DNA from: an uncultured Staphylococcaceae bacterium
GTDB taxonomy: Bacteria > Bacillota_I > Bacilli_A > RFN20 > CAG-826
Reading direction: 5' to 3'
Length of the DNA stretch: 57,001 bases
Assembly (NCBI GenBank): GCA_964546565.1
Contig: CAZJKC010000003.1
Coordinates: forward strand, 1 to 57,001
The first letter of the stretch is position 1. Every line of letters starts with the position of its first letter. This document shows, in pieces, positions 48,752-57,001 of this stretch. Under the pieces are notes generated by a model. It did no database searches, was not told the DNA's origin, and saw only the letters and a list, made by a program, of their open reading frames with translations. The position numbers and the translations under genes were made by a program.

Positions 48752-49918
48752 TTAATGCGTTTTTAAATAATTTTGTATTTCATCAACTTTGTCTAACTTT
48801 TCCCATGGCAAATTCAAATCTGGTCGTCCAAAATGACCATAACTTGCTAAATCTTCATAACAAAAAGTTGGCTCAAGAAGATGGAAATTTTTAATAATTG
48901 ACCCGGGACGACAATCAAAAATAGCTTTAATCATAGATAAAATATATTCATTAGAATATGATGCGCTACCAAAAGTTGATACCGCAATACTTAATGGCTC
49001 CGCCACCCCGATAGCGTAACTCAATTGAATTTCCATTCTTTTGGCTATACCGGCAGCGACAAGATTTTTCGCAATATAACGGGCTGCATAAGCGGCGGAA
49101 CGATCAACTTTAGAAGGATCTTTTCCTGAAAAACATCCGCCCCCATGACATGCAACGCCACCATAAGTATCGACAATTATCTTTCTTCCCGTTAATCCTG
49201 TATCACCCATTGGACCACCTACTACAAAGCGTCCAGTAGGATTAATCAATACGTGAAAATCATCATTTAAGCCAAATGATTTAACAACCGGAATCATAAT
49301 CTCCTTTTTGATAAATTGTTGGAATTCATCCATATCAACATCCGGATCATGTTGAACCGACATTAATACCGTCTCAATTCGTAAATTATCAGGATCTGTA
49401 TAATCAATAGTCACTTGCGATTTCATATCAGGACGAGCATATTTAAACTTTCCTTCTTTTCGTAATAAAGTCGCTACCCGCACTAATTTATGGGCTACCA
49501 CTAACGCTAAAGGCATATAACCTTCACTTTCAGAACATGCATATCCAAACATAATGCCTTGGTCCCCTGCTCCTTGTTGCTCAATACTTCCTCTATTAAC
49601 TCCTTGAGCTATATCCGGAGATTGCGTTTTAATTAAGACATCAATGCGACATGTGTCAGCACCGATACCTAATTCTGGGCTTGTATATCCTATTTTGCGT
49701 AAAACATTACGCGCAATCGATTCATAATCAACAGGTTTAGCGACCGTTATTTCCCCACCAATTAGTAAATGTTCCGTGGTAATAAAACACTCACACGCTA
49801 CATGAGCATAGGGATCCACTTTTAAACATGCATCTAATATCGCATCGCTTATTTGGTCACATACTTTATCAGGATGACCTTCTGATACCGATTCACTGGT
49901 AAATAACAACTTTTCCAT
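48752..49918 (-). CDS. metK: S-adenosylmethionine synthetase
   Basis: FTSESVSEGHPDK, GAGDQG, GRKIIVDTYGG, GKDPSKVDRSAAY. Confidence 0.98.
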   Translation of the reverse strand: MEKLLFTSESVSEGHPDKVCDQISDAILDACLKVDPYAHVACECFITTEHLLIGGEITVAKPVDYESIARNVLRKIGYTSPELGIGADTCRIDVLIKTQSPDIAQGVNRGSIEQQGAGDQGIMFGYACSESEGYMPLALVVAHKLVRVATLLRKEGKFKYARPDMKSQVTIDYTDPDNLRIETVLMSVQHDPDVDMDEFQQFIKKEIMIPVVKSFGLNDDFHVLINPTGRFVVGGPMGDTGLTGRKIIVDTYGGVACHGGGCFSGKDPSKVDRSAAYAARYIAKNLVAAGIAKRMEIQLSYAIGVAEPLSIAVSTFGSASYSNEYILSMIKAIFDCRPGSIIKNFHLLEPTFCYEDLASYGHFGRPDLNLPWEKLDKVDEIQNYLKTH

Positions 49919-49935
49919 TTTATTCCTCCATACAA

Positions 49936-49968
49936 CAAAAAAAGACTTCCCACCATTAGGAAAGTCTT
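49936..49968 (-). terminator. Intrinsic terminator (riboswitch expression platform)
   Basis: AAGACTTTCC-loop-GGGAAGTCTT followed by a T-tract, upstream of metK. Confidence 0.85.
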
Positions 49969-49982
49969 AATACTTTACCTTG

Positions 49983-50092
49983 CTCTCATCGTTCGGAGTG
50001 GGCTCCGCTAAGGAAAAGCACCGTCTGTGTCTCATTCCACAGGGTTGCTATCGCGCTTGTTCGTTCCTTTTTGACACGATTCTTGATAAGAG
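49983..50092 (-). promoter_or_regulatory. SAM-I (S-box) riboswitch
   Basis: CTCTTATCAAGA...AGCAACC...ACGGTGCT..TCC...GATGAGAG upstream of the terminator and metK. Confidence 0.88.
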
Positions 50093-50262
50093 TCGTCTTC
50101 ATTATCGTTAATATCCTCTTCAAAGTCAAGAATATTTATTTTATTTAGCAAAAGTTCTTGCGGAGTAATACCCGCTATATCATGGATAACATCAAAATCC
50201 ATTCCTAGTTCAAATAAAACATCCGCCATTTCAAATTGCTCTTTTTTCTTTTTTGTTTTCAT
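50032..50262 (-). CDS. Small hypothetical protein overlapping the metK promoter and riboswitch
   Basis: 76-aa ORF with AGGTGA RBS. Confidence 0.5.
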   Translation of the reverse strand: MKTKKKKEQFEMADVLFELGMDFDVIHDIAGITPQELLLNKINILDFEEDINDNEDDSYQESCQKGTNKRDSNPVE

Positions 50263-50312
50263 AATATCAGCTCACCTTATTTAAAAGTATGAGCCTTATT
50301 CTTTTATTTATA

Positions 50313-50573
50313 CTATTTTAATTCATTTTCCTTAATTTCATGGATGGCTTTGGCAATTTGATCAGGACATGAGGTGGGTTTCATCCCACATTTAATGCCT
50401 GATAATCGCTTTTCAATTTCATCAAATTCCATACCAATCAATAATGATTTAATTCCTTGAAGATTACCCGAACAACCGCCAACGACTTCTAAATCGACGA
50501 TACGATTGTTATCATATGTTATTTTCATAACACGTGAACATGTTCCGGTCGGATGATAAACATATGTTTTCAT
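50313..50573 (-). CDS. TIGR03905 TSCPD-domain protein
   Basis: GTCS, GGCSGN, GIKCG.KPTSCPDQ. Confidence 0.92.
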   Translation of the reverse strand: MKTYVYHPTGTCSRVMKITYDNNRIVDLEVVGGCSGNLQGIKSLLIGMEFDEIEKRLSGIKCGMKPTSCPDQIAKAIHEIKENELK

Positions 50574-50583
50574 ACAAATACCT

Positions 50584-51153
50584 CTAGCGCACAATAGTGC
50601 CATAGACCGTACCCGATAATCCTCCTGCATTACATTCATCAGTATCAATATGCATCGCTAAGGCATATGTCGAACTAACACGAACAACAACATCTTGGAA
50701 AATAAGTGATCTATCTAATGATTTAACCGCCACAGAAACTATTTCTTTATCACTGACACCAAATTCTTGAGCATCTTCAGGAGTCATGTGAATGTGTCTT
50801 TTAGCGGCAATAACACCTTCTTGAAGTTCAACTTCTCCACAAGGACCTACTAAACGACAAGCTCCACTTAAAGCGATATCTCCCGATTCCCGAACCGGAG
50901 CTTTAACGCCGATAGAGCGCGCATCGGTTAATGATAATTCCACTTGATCTTTAGAACGTACTGGTCCTAATATTGAGGCTATTAATTCTCCTTTGGGCCC
51001 AATAACTTTAACCTTCTCATTACATGCATATTGGCCCGGTTGTGATAACATTTTCTTAATGGTTAATTCATAACCCTTACCAAATAAAATTTCCAATGTC
51101 TCTTGGCAAACATGGACATGGCGTGCTGATGTTTCAACGATAATATCTTTCAT
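50584..51153 (-). CDS. pduL: Phosphate propanoyltransferase
   Basis: SARHVH, LSQPGQYA, RHIHM, MHIDTDECNA. Confidence 0.95.
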   Translation of the reverse strand: MKDIIVETSARHVHVCQETLEILFGKGYELTIKKMLSQPGQYACNEKVKVIGPKGELIASILGPVRSKDQVELSLTDARSIGVKAPVRESGDIALSGACRLVGPCGEVELQEGVIAAKRHIHMTPEDAQEFGVSDKEIVSVAVKSLDRSLIFQDVVVRVSSTYALAMHIDTDECNAGGLSGTVYGTIVR

Positions 51154-51180
51154 GTTAAATCCTCCTTATAAGATATAAAT

Positions 51181-52386
51181 CTATATTTTTTTAGAACATT
51201 CGTTCAAGTATTTAATCGCTTTATAATATAAATAAGCCGACCATTTCTTTTGCTTTGTTCTAAAACGAATACGAACTTCTCCATAATGTAATTCTAATAC
51301 ATCTTTGTATTGCAAACAAATTCTTTTCAATTCCGTTATCGGAATATCTACTCTTTTTCCATCTTCCAAATAGTATCTTATATATTTTTTATAAACTTCG
51401 ATAACCGCTTTATCTATCGGTTTATGAAAATACTCTTTTTGATTTACCATATAAAAATCAAGATTCTCTTCTTTTAAAATAACTTCCTCATCAGAACAAC
51501 GATCAATCATTTTGCAAAGTTCTAAATATTGCGCATCATCATAAGCTGTTAAAGTTCTATAAGGAACATCTTTACTTTCTAAAAAACAATAACGATTATA
51601 TTTAGCTTCGAAGCCACATTTCGTACAATATACTTTATCACCTTTAGATTTTAATACCTCAAGTTGATGACAATGAGGACACATATATAAACCTAATTCA
51701 AGCCATTCAGCTCTTTTAAATCCTGGCCATTGTTTATAAGGATGATCAACCTGATATTGCACATCATCACCTGCAATATTATCAATAATAACCTTATGTA
51801 AGGAAGGAACATCCATTTCTTTTATTTCATCGACACTTAAAATGCGTTGCACGCTATAAGTGATATGACCATGATGAGCATATTTTCCCCATCGTGGCGC
51901 GCGGATATAGGCTCCTTCAATACGTAATAAAATAACGGGAATATTCATCATTTTAGCAAATTTAGCTACAGTATCGGGAATCGGTAAAGTGCGCCCAAAC
52001 ATATCAATATCGCCTTCTGGAAAGACCCCGATAGTTTTTCCTTCTTTAGCGAGTTTTTTCATTTCCAAGATATCGGAAATATCATTATCGGTCATCCCAC
52101 GTTTTATTTCACCAAAAATAGTGCCGCATACAAAACTAAAAAACTTATTTTTAAATAATTCATCATGAACTAAGAAATGAATATTACGAAGATAAAACAT
52201 GCATAATAAGTAAATACCATCCCAATCTGTCAAATGATTAGATAACAATAAAATTGGTCCTTTGGGAATTTTAAAGTGATTCTTTTTAAAGCGAACATGC
52301 TGAAAAATAACCACATATATCCATATAAATGGTCTTAAAATAATGTATATCGGATAATGTAATATTGCTTTTAATACTTTCTTCAT
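51181..52386 (-). CDS. Lysophospholipid acyltransferase (PlsC-like) with Cys-rich C-terminus
   Basis: SNHLTDWD (HX4D), VFPEG, CPHC...CTKC. Confidence 0.85.
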   Translation of the reverse strand: MKKVLKAILHYPIYIILRPFIWIYVVIFQHVRFKKNHFKIPKGPILLLSNHLTDWDGIYLLCMFYLRNIHFLVHDELFKNKFFSFVCGTIFGEIKRGMTDNDISDILEMKKLAKEGKTIGVFPEGDIDMFGRTLPIPDTVAKFAKMMNIPVILLRIEGAYIRAPRWGKYAHHGHITYSVQRILSVDEIKEMDVPSLHKVIIDNIAGDDVQYQVDHPYKQWPGFKRAEWLELGLYMCPHCHQLEVLKSKGDKVYCTKCGFEAKYNRYCFLESKDVPYRTLTAYDDAQYLELCKMIDRCSDEEVILKEENLDFYMVNQKEYFHKPIDKAVIEVYKKYIRYYLEDGKRVDIPITELKRICLQYKDVLELHYGEVRIRFRTKQKKWSAYLYYKAIKYLNECSKKI

Positions 52387-55055
52387 TTCTTACTACCCTC
52401 ATAATAATTCCACAATACAGTACGATATGCTTTTTCAATTTCTTGACCCGCAATTTCATTTGATATTGTCAATGTTTCCCAAGCTTTATCGCCCACTTCT
52501 TTAAGTAATTGTCGATTATTGGCTAACGCCCGCAAATGCTCTGTTAAAGATGAATAATCTTTATCGAGCAAGAAACAGTTTTCATCAATATGATACTGAT
52601 TAATATCGACAAATCCTTGTAAAATAGATGGTATACGATAACCGGCAGCAATACGTTCATAAGGTGTCGATTCAAAACGATTACGAAGTAATAATAACAA
52701 ATCAGATCCTTGAATCATTTGCATATAATTACCGCTATGGGGGAGCATAATTAATTGAACATTCTTTAATTGATATGATCTTTTAATGCGATTACGCTCG
52801 ATATTGCTAAATCCATAAACGACAAGTGTAATAGGATTTTTCACTTTTTTACTTTCTAATGTCAATAAAATATTAATAAACTTATCTTTTTCTTTTTTAC
52901 CACGAACAATTGTAGAAATCACAAAGTCATCATCATGAACTTGTAGACTTTCGCGAGCCCTTTTTCGAGATAACGCAATAGTGTCATCATCAAAAGCTTC
53001 ATAAGCATCATTCACCACATAATATTGCCCTTTATAACCATGTCTTTTTAACACTTCACCAAGTTCAACACTCGGTACAAAGACAGCATCACAACGTTTA
53101 TAAAGACTCAAACCATATTGTTCAAGAATACGGGCCATTAAACGACTCTTTAAAGGTTTCTTCAAACTATGATAATACATATGACGGAATGAAGCGATTA
53201 CAGGTACATCATAACGCCGCGCCATTTTCAAAGCATAACGCCCCATAAAGAAAGGAGTTTGAGCATGAAATACACTGATGGTATCCGGTTCTAATGACAT
53301 TTTTAATTTAATACTATATTTCGGTTTACCCCAAGCATAATCTGTAAAGAAAAAGCGCCATGAGGGAGTATGAATAATTTGATGATTATCAGCATTTTCA
53401 TAATTTTCATTTTTTAAACGTGGTTTTAAAACCTTCGTTTTAATGCCAATCTTAGATAGCGAATCTACATAATTATAAGTACAACGTGCTGTATATCCTT
53501 GTAAAGGATAGTAATAATCAACAAATTGCACTGAAGAAATGACAACATCCTTTTCTTCTAAAGGTGATTTTTCTTGACCTGTATCAATAATAATGGTGGA
53601 ATCTAATACTTTTTTACGATTAATCACAAATGACAATCCATAAAGTTTTGTTGCATCAAGTTTTGCTATTAATCTTTGAATACATTCTTTGGTGATAAAG
53701 ATATATGATGTATCCGTCAAACAAGAGAAATCTTGATGACTTTTTAAAACCATTGGTTTTCGTGGATATATTTCTTGATTGGCCATTAAATCAGAAACAT
53801 ATATTTTTGCATCATTTTCTTGAAGGGGAATCAATGTTGAGCGTTGATCACGATGAATAACACGAATACCAACTATTTCAACTTGATGAAGTGTCTCCAT
53901 AATAGGAATAGGCACATAAGATTTCTTCTTTTTATGCTTAAAAGATAATATAAGCATTTCTATCATCCCTAAAAGAATGAAGAAAAAATAAATTAAAAAA
54001 CGCCAATAAAGCATATTCCAAAAGGTAAAGGCCGCTCCTAAACTTGCGCTTGCTAAGGCCGAAGTAAAGACAGCTTGGAAAGATAATTCCGCCGCTCCTG
54101 AACCTCCCGGAGTAGGAATAAATGATACGGAAACTACAATAATTACTGATAAAGAGAATATTTCAAAGAAATTAGGATTTAAGCCGCATGCTTTTAAAAT
54201 AAAGAATGGGGTTGATAATAATGTTACTTTAAAGACAAACGATAGCAATAAGCATAATAATAATATCGCTACCGATTTCCGACTTTTATATTGTGACATT
54301 CCTTCTTGATAATCTTCTAAAGTTCGATATATCGTATTCGCATGCTTTTCTTTATGACGAATAAATTTAATCTTATCCATTAATTTCACAATCACATTTG
54401 CTATTTTTTTGGTTAATTTAGGCCAAATCGAGATACCGATAATCGCAGCCGGCACTAAAATAGAAGTTAATGTGCCAATATATGTAACAAAACGGAAAGT
54501 TTTAATCGTTGTACTTGCTGATCCTAAATCATTGGATGATAAGAAAATAATAATTGTCACCGAAATGATAACTAACGCTAATTGATTAAGAAAAAAGGAA
54601 ATAAAGGGAAATGAAGTAGCTGTCCCTAAAGAAATACCACCTTTATTCAAATAATAAACTTCAAATGCCTGTCCTCCACTACTAAAAGGAGTCACATTAT
54701 CATAATATTTTCCCATAATGACGGAACGTAATGATATCCTAAAATTCCATAAGCCCGTTTTATGACGACTTAAAATCGATATTTTCGTTGTTTCTGCCAA
54801 AATGGCGATAAAAGGCATGGCTAACGCTATTAAAAGATATTTGATATTCTTTTTCCATACTGCAAAAACTTCTGCACTTTGTTTAATAACACTGCCTTGA
54901 CCCGCAAATGAAGTATATCCAATATAGACGATAATGCCGATATTGATAACTAAAAAAAGAAGAGTTACAAGTAAACTTTTCTTACTCTTTTTTTCTTTCT
55001 TATTTGGGTCAATAATTCGCGAATTGAAGTTATACTGCGAGTTGTTAAAATCCAT
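52383..55055 (-). CDS. Fusion of LPG-synthase-TM/flippase-like domain and GT4-like glycosyltransferase
   Basis: YYDNVTPFSSGGQ, PTPGGSGAAE, YWRF; then QFVDYYYP, HAQTPFFMG. Confidence 0.8.
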   Translation of the reverse strand: MDFNNSQYNFNSRIIDPNKKEKKSKKSLLVTLLFLVINIGIIVYIGYTSFAGQGSVIKQSAEVFAVWKKNIKYLLIALAMPFIAILAETTKISILSRHKTGLWNFRISLRSVIMGKYYDNVTPFSSGGQAFEVYYLNKGGISLGTATSFPFISFFLNQLALVIISVTIIIFLSSNDLGSASTTIKTFRFVTYIGTLTSILVPAAIIGISIWPKLTKKIANVIVKLMDKIKFIRHKEKHANTIYRTLEDYQEGMSQYKSRKSVAILLLCLLLSFVFKVTLLSTPFFILKACGLNPNFFEIFSLSVIIVVSVSFIPTPGGSGAAELSFQAVFTSALASASLGAAFTFWNMLYWRFLIYFFFILLGMIEMLILSFKHKKKKSYVPIPIMETLHQVEIVGIRVIHRDQRSTLIPLQENDAKIYVSDLMANQEIYPRKPMVLKSHQDFSCLTDTSYIFITKECIQRLIAKLDATKLYGLSFVINRKKVLDSTIIIDTGQEKSPLEEKDVVISSVQFVDYYYPLQGYTARCTYNYVDSLSKIGIKTKVLKPRLKNENYENADNHQIIHTPSWRFFFTDYAWGKPKYSIKLKMSLEPDTISVFHAQTPFFMGRYALKMARRYDVPVIASFRHMYYHSLKKPLKSRLMARILEQYGLSLYKRCDAVFVPSVELGEVLKRHGYKGQYYVVNDAYEAFDDDTIALSRKRARESLQVHDDDFVISTIVRGKKEKDKFINILLTLESKKVKNPITLVVYGFSNIERNRIKRSYQLKNVQLIMLPHSGNYMQMIQGSDLLLLLRNRFESTPYERIAAGYRIPSILQGFVDINQYHIDENCFLLDKDYSSLTEHLRALANNRQLLKEVGDKAWETLTISNEIAGQEIEKAYRTVLWNYYEGSKK

Positions 55056-55151
55056 AACGTTTTTCCTTTCCAAAAAATGCATGTATATTATAAAATAATA
55101 TAAGACAAAAAGCAACGCAAAGAAAAAGTGCATTTGTTCAACGCAAATACA

Positions 55152-56354
55152 CTATTTTTTATTATGCTTTTTTTGATAGTTTTCAATAACAATTTTATAT
55201 CTTTCAATCGTCCTTCTAGACATCTCTTCAAATGAAATTGGAATGGTTTCTGATGCCATTTTGCCAACTGATTTCATGTTTTCCTTATCTTTAAAAATTA
55301 ACTCAATCTTGGTTTTCATAGCCATAAGGTTGTTTTCAGCTAGAAAGCCATTATATCCATCAGAAAATGGTTCGGCAACATTCGACCCTATAGTTAACAA
55401 ACTTGGTAATTGCATAACACTTGCTTCTCGCACAACAATTGAAGAATTATCATATGTAGAAGGGAAGAAAAACAAATCACATACGCTATATAACCCCTGC
55501 AGTAGTGCCTTATTTGTTATTTTACCTACAAAATGTATATTTTCTTCTAAATGATTTTCCTTAACAAATCTACGCATTGATTTTTCATCACTGCCTTCAC
55601 CAACAATATAAAGGTGATAGGATTTATTTTCATTAATTAATTCTCTCATTGTTGTTAGAATTAATTTTAAATTTTTCAAATAACGTAATTGTCCAACATA
55701 AAGGATATTGTTGTTATTTAAATCTATTTTATATTCTTCACACGCTAAATGACGAACACTTTCTAAATTACTAGGAAAATCAAAATCAGTACCATTTTCC
55801 ATCACAATCACATCTTTTTTGAATCCATATGATTTTAATGTTTCAGCCGATTTCTGCGATGGTGCCCATACTTCATCACATTGATTAAAGAAACGAATTA
55901 TATAACGAAGAATTAACTTTGTTAATAATTTACTATGAGTGGTAGTCATGATATCTTCTTTAAATTGACTATGAAAGGTCGCTACTAAAGGTTTGTGATA
56001 ACGTTTTTTTAATTTCAATGCATAATGCCCAATAAAAAACGGTGAATGCACATGATAAATATCGGCATCAAAATCTTTTATTTGCTTAGTTATTGATCTT
56101 TTATTTAAAGGTAATGGAATTTCAAATTTATTAAAGGAAATGGTAAATGTTGGTCGACGGATTACTTCATAATGAAATTGACTATCATCAAACGGATGGT
56201 GTTTATATTGGGGAACAACTACTTTACACTCCCCTTCTATGTTTAAATGATGTGCGCAATTATTCACTACTTTGACAACACCATCTATCTGTGGATAAAA
56301 ATTATCGCAATATTGAATTATATTAAAACCGGATTTACCATTCGGCATAATCAA
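55152..56354 (-). CDS. GT4 glycosyltransferase (glycolipid synthase-like)
   Basis: DNFYPQIDGV, HVHSPF, VATFHSQ, FFFPSTYDNSSIVVREA. Confidence 0.9.
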   Translation of the reverse strand: MIMPNGKSGFNIIQYCDNFYPQIDGVVKVVNNCAHHLNIEGECKVVVPQYKHHPFDDSQFHYEVIRRPTFTISFNKFEIPLPLNKRSITKQIKDFDADIYHVHSPFFIGHYALKLKKRYHKPLVATFHSQFKEDIMTTTHSKLLTKLILRYIIRFFNQCDEVWAPSQKSAETLKSYGFKKDVIVMENGTDFDFPSNLESVRHLACEEYKIDLNNNNILYVGQLRYLKNLKLILTTMRELINENKSYHLYIVGEGSDEKSMRRFVKENHLEENIHFVGKITNKALLQGLYSVCDLFFFPSTYDNSSIVVREASVMQLPSLLTIGSNVAEPFSDGYNGFLAENNLMAMKTKIELIFKDKENMKSVGKMASETIPISFEEMSRRTIERYKIVIENYQKKHNKK

Positions 56355-57001
56355 TCAACTCCTATTTGTGAAAGTATTGTCATTATAAAAGAAAAGACAA
56401 TCAATGTCAATCTAACCACAATTATCCATCTCGACAATTTTAACCATTTGTCAAAAGTATTTTCTTAACATTAATAAAACTTATAAGTAGTATTTTAATA
56501 GAAGATTATAAGTAGTTTTATGTAATTTGATATTTTTTTCATATAATTACTATTATTAATAAAAATATGTTACAATAATTTTGTGAACAAAAAACTAGAG
56601 TAACTCAGTTCACATGATTATTAACCCTCTTTTTTTAATAAAGAGGGCTTTAAAATAACCTTATCAAGGTCGAGTTGATATAGGTTATTAATTGTCATCA
56701 CCTTTTTATTAAGCATCAATGATGCAATCATAAAAGGTGAAGCGAATTCAAGAGATTGACGTAAATAATTATTAATGTGTAATGATATTAAATTAACTTC
56801 ATTTATCCATCTCTTTTTTTTATTATTGTTTATCTATTTATAGATTAACTATAGCATATAAATGATTTAACAGAAGTAAAACGTTAATTTCTACTTAAAA
56901 ACCTTACGTTTAAATTTCGGCTTTAGTTTGAGACATTAGTTTCGAGGGGCTCAATTAAATAATTAAATTCCGTATTAAAGGTTTTTTAAAAAAACTGAAA
57001 T

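Overview
Low-GC Bacilli chromosome segment. It uses the standard genetic code and carries sporulation-type genes of the ylbD/E/F-rsmD-coaD-ylbJ neighbourhood plus an archaeal-type ProRS and PduL, which fits an RF39/RFN20-like gut lineage (inference). The first 13.2 kb is a tandem array of at least two related but non-identical integrative elements in the 3' end of tRNA-Ser(GCU). The complete copy (2297-13168, 10,872 bp between 16-bp att cores) encodes a tyrosine integrase, an Xre repressor, a replisome-organiser-type initiator, a 740-aa signal-peptide/C-terminally anchored surface protein, two paralogous membrane-anchored proteins and a multi-TM P-loop ATPase. It also has small basic proteins and a PemK-like gene faced by a convergent small RNA. 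I see no terminase, portal, HK97 capsid, tail, lysin, HUH Rep or relaxase. The best reading is a small non-lytic, membrane-associated virus (Plasmavirus L2-/pleolipovirus-like architecture; an inovirus-like virus or integrative element is the alternative). Decayed att/arm signatures of the same family lie downstream of two other tRNA-Ser genes (CGA, GGA). The rest is mostly housekeeping and sporulation genes, a small decayed island (36.2-41.1 kb), a SAM-I riboswitch embedded in an upstream ORF, and a glycolipid operon. All product calls come from motif recognition by eye; no database searches were run.
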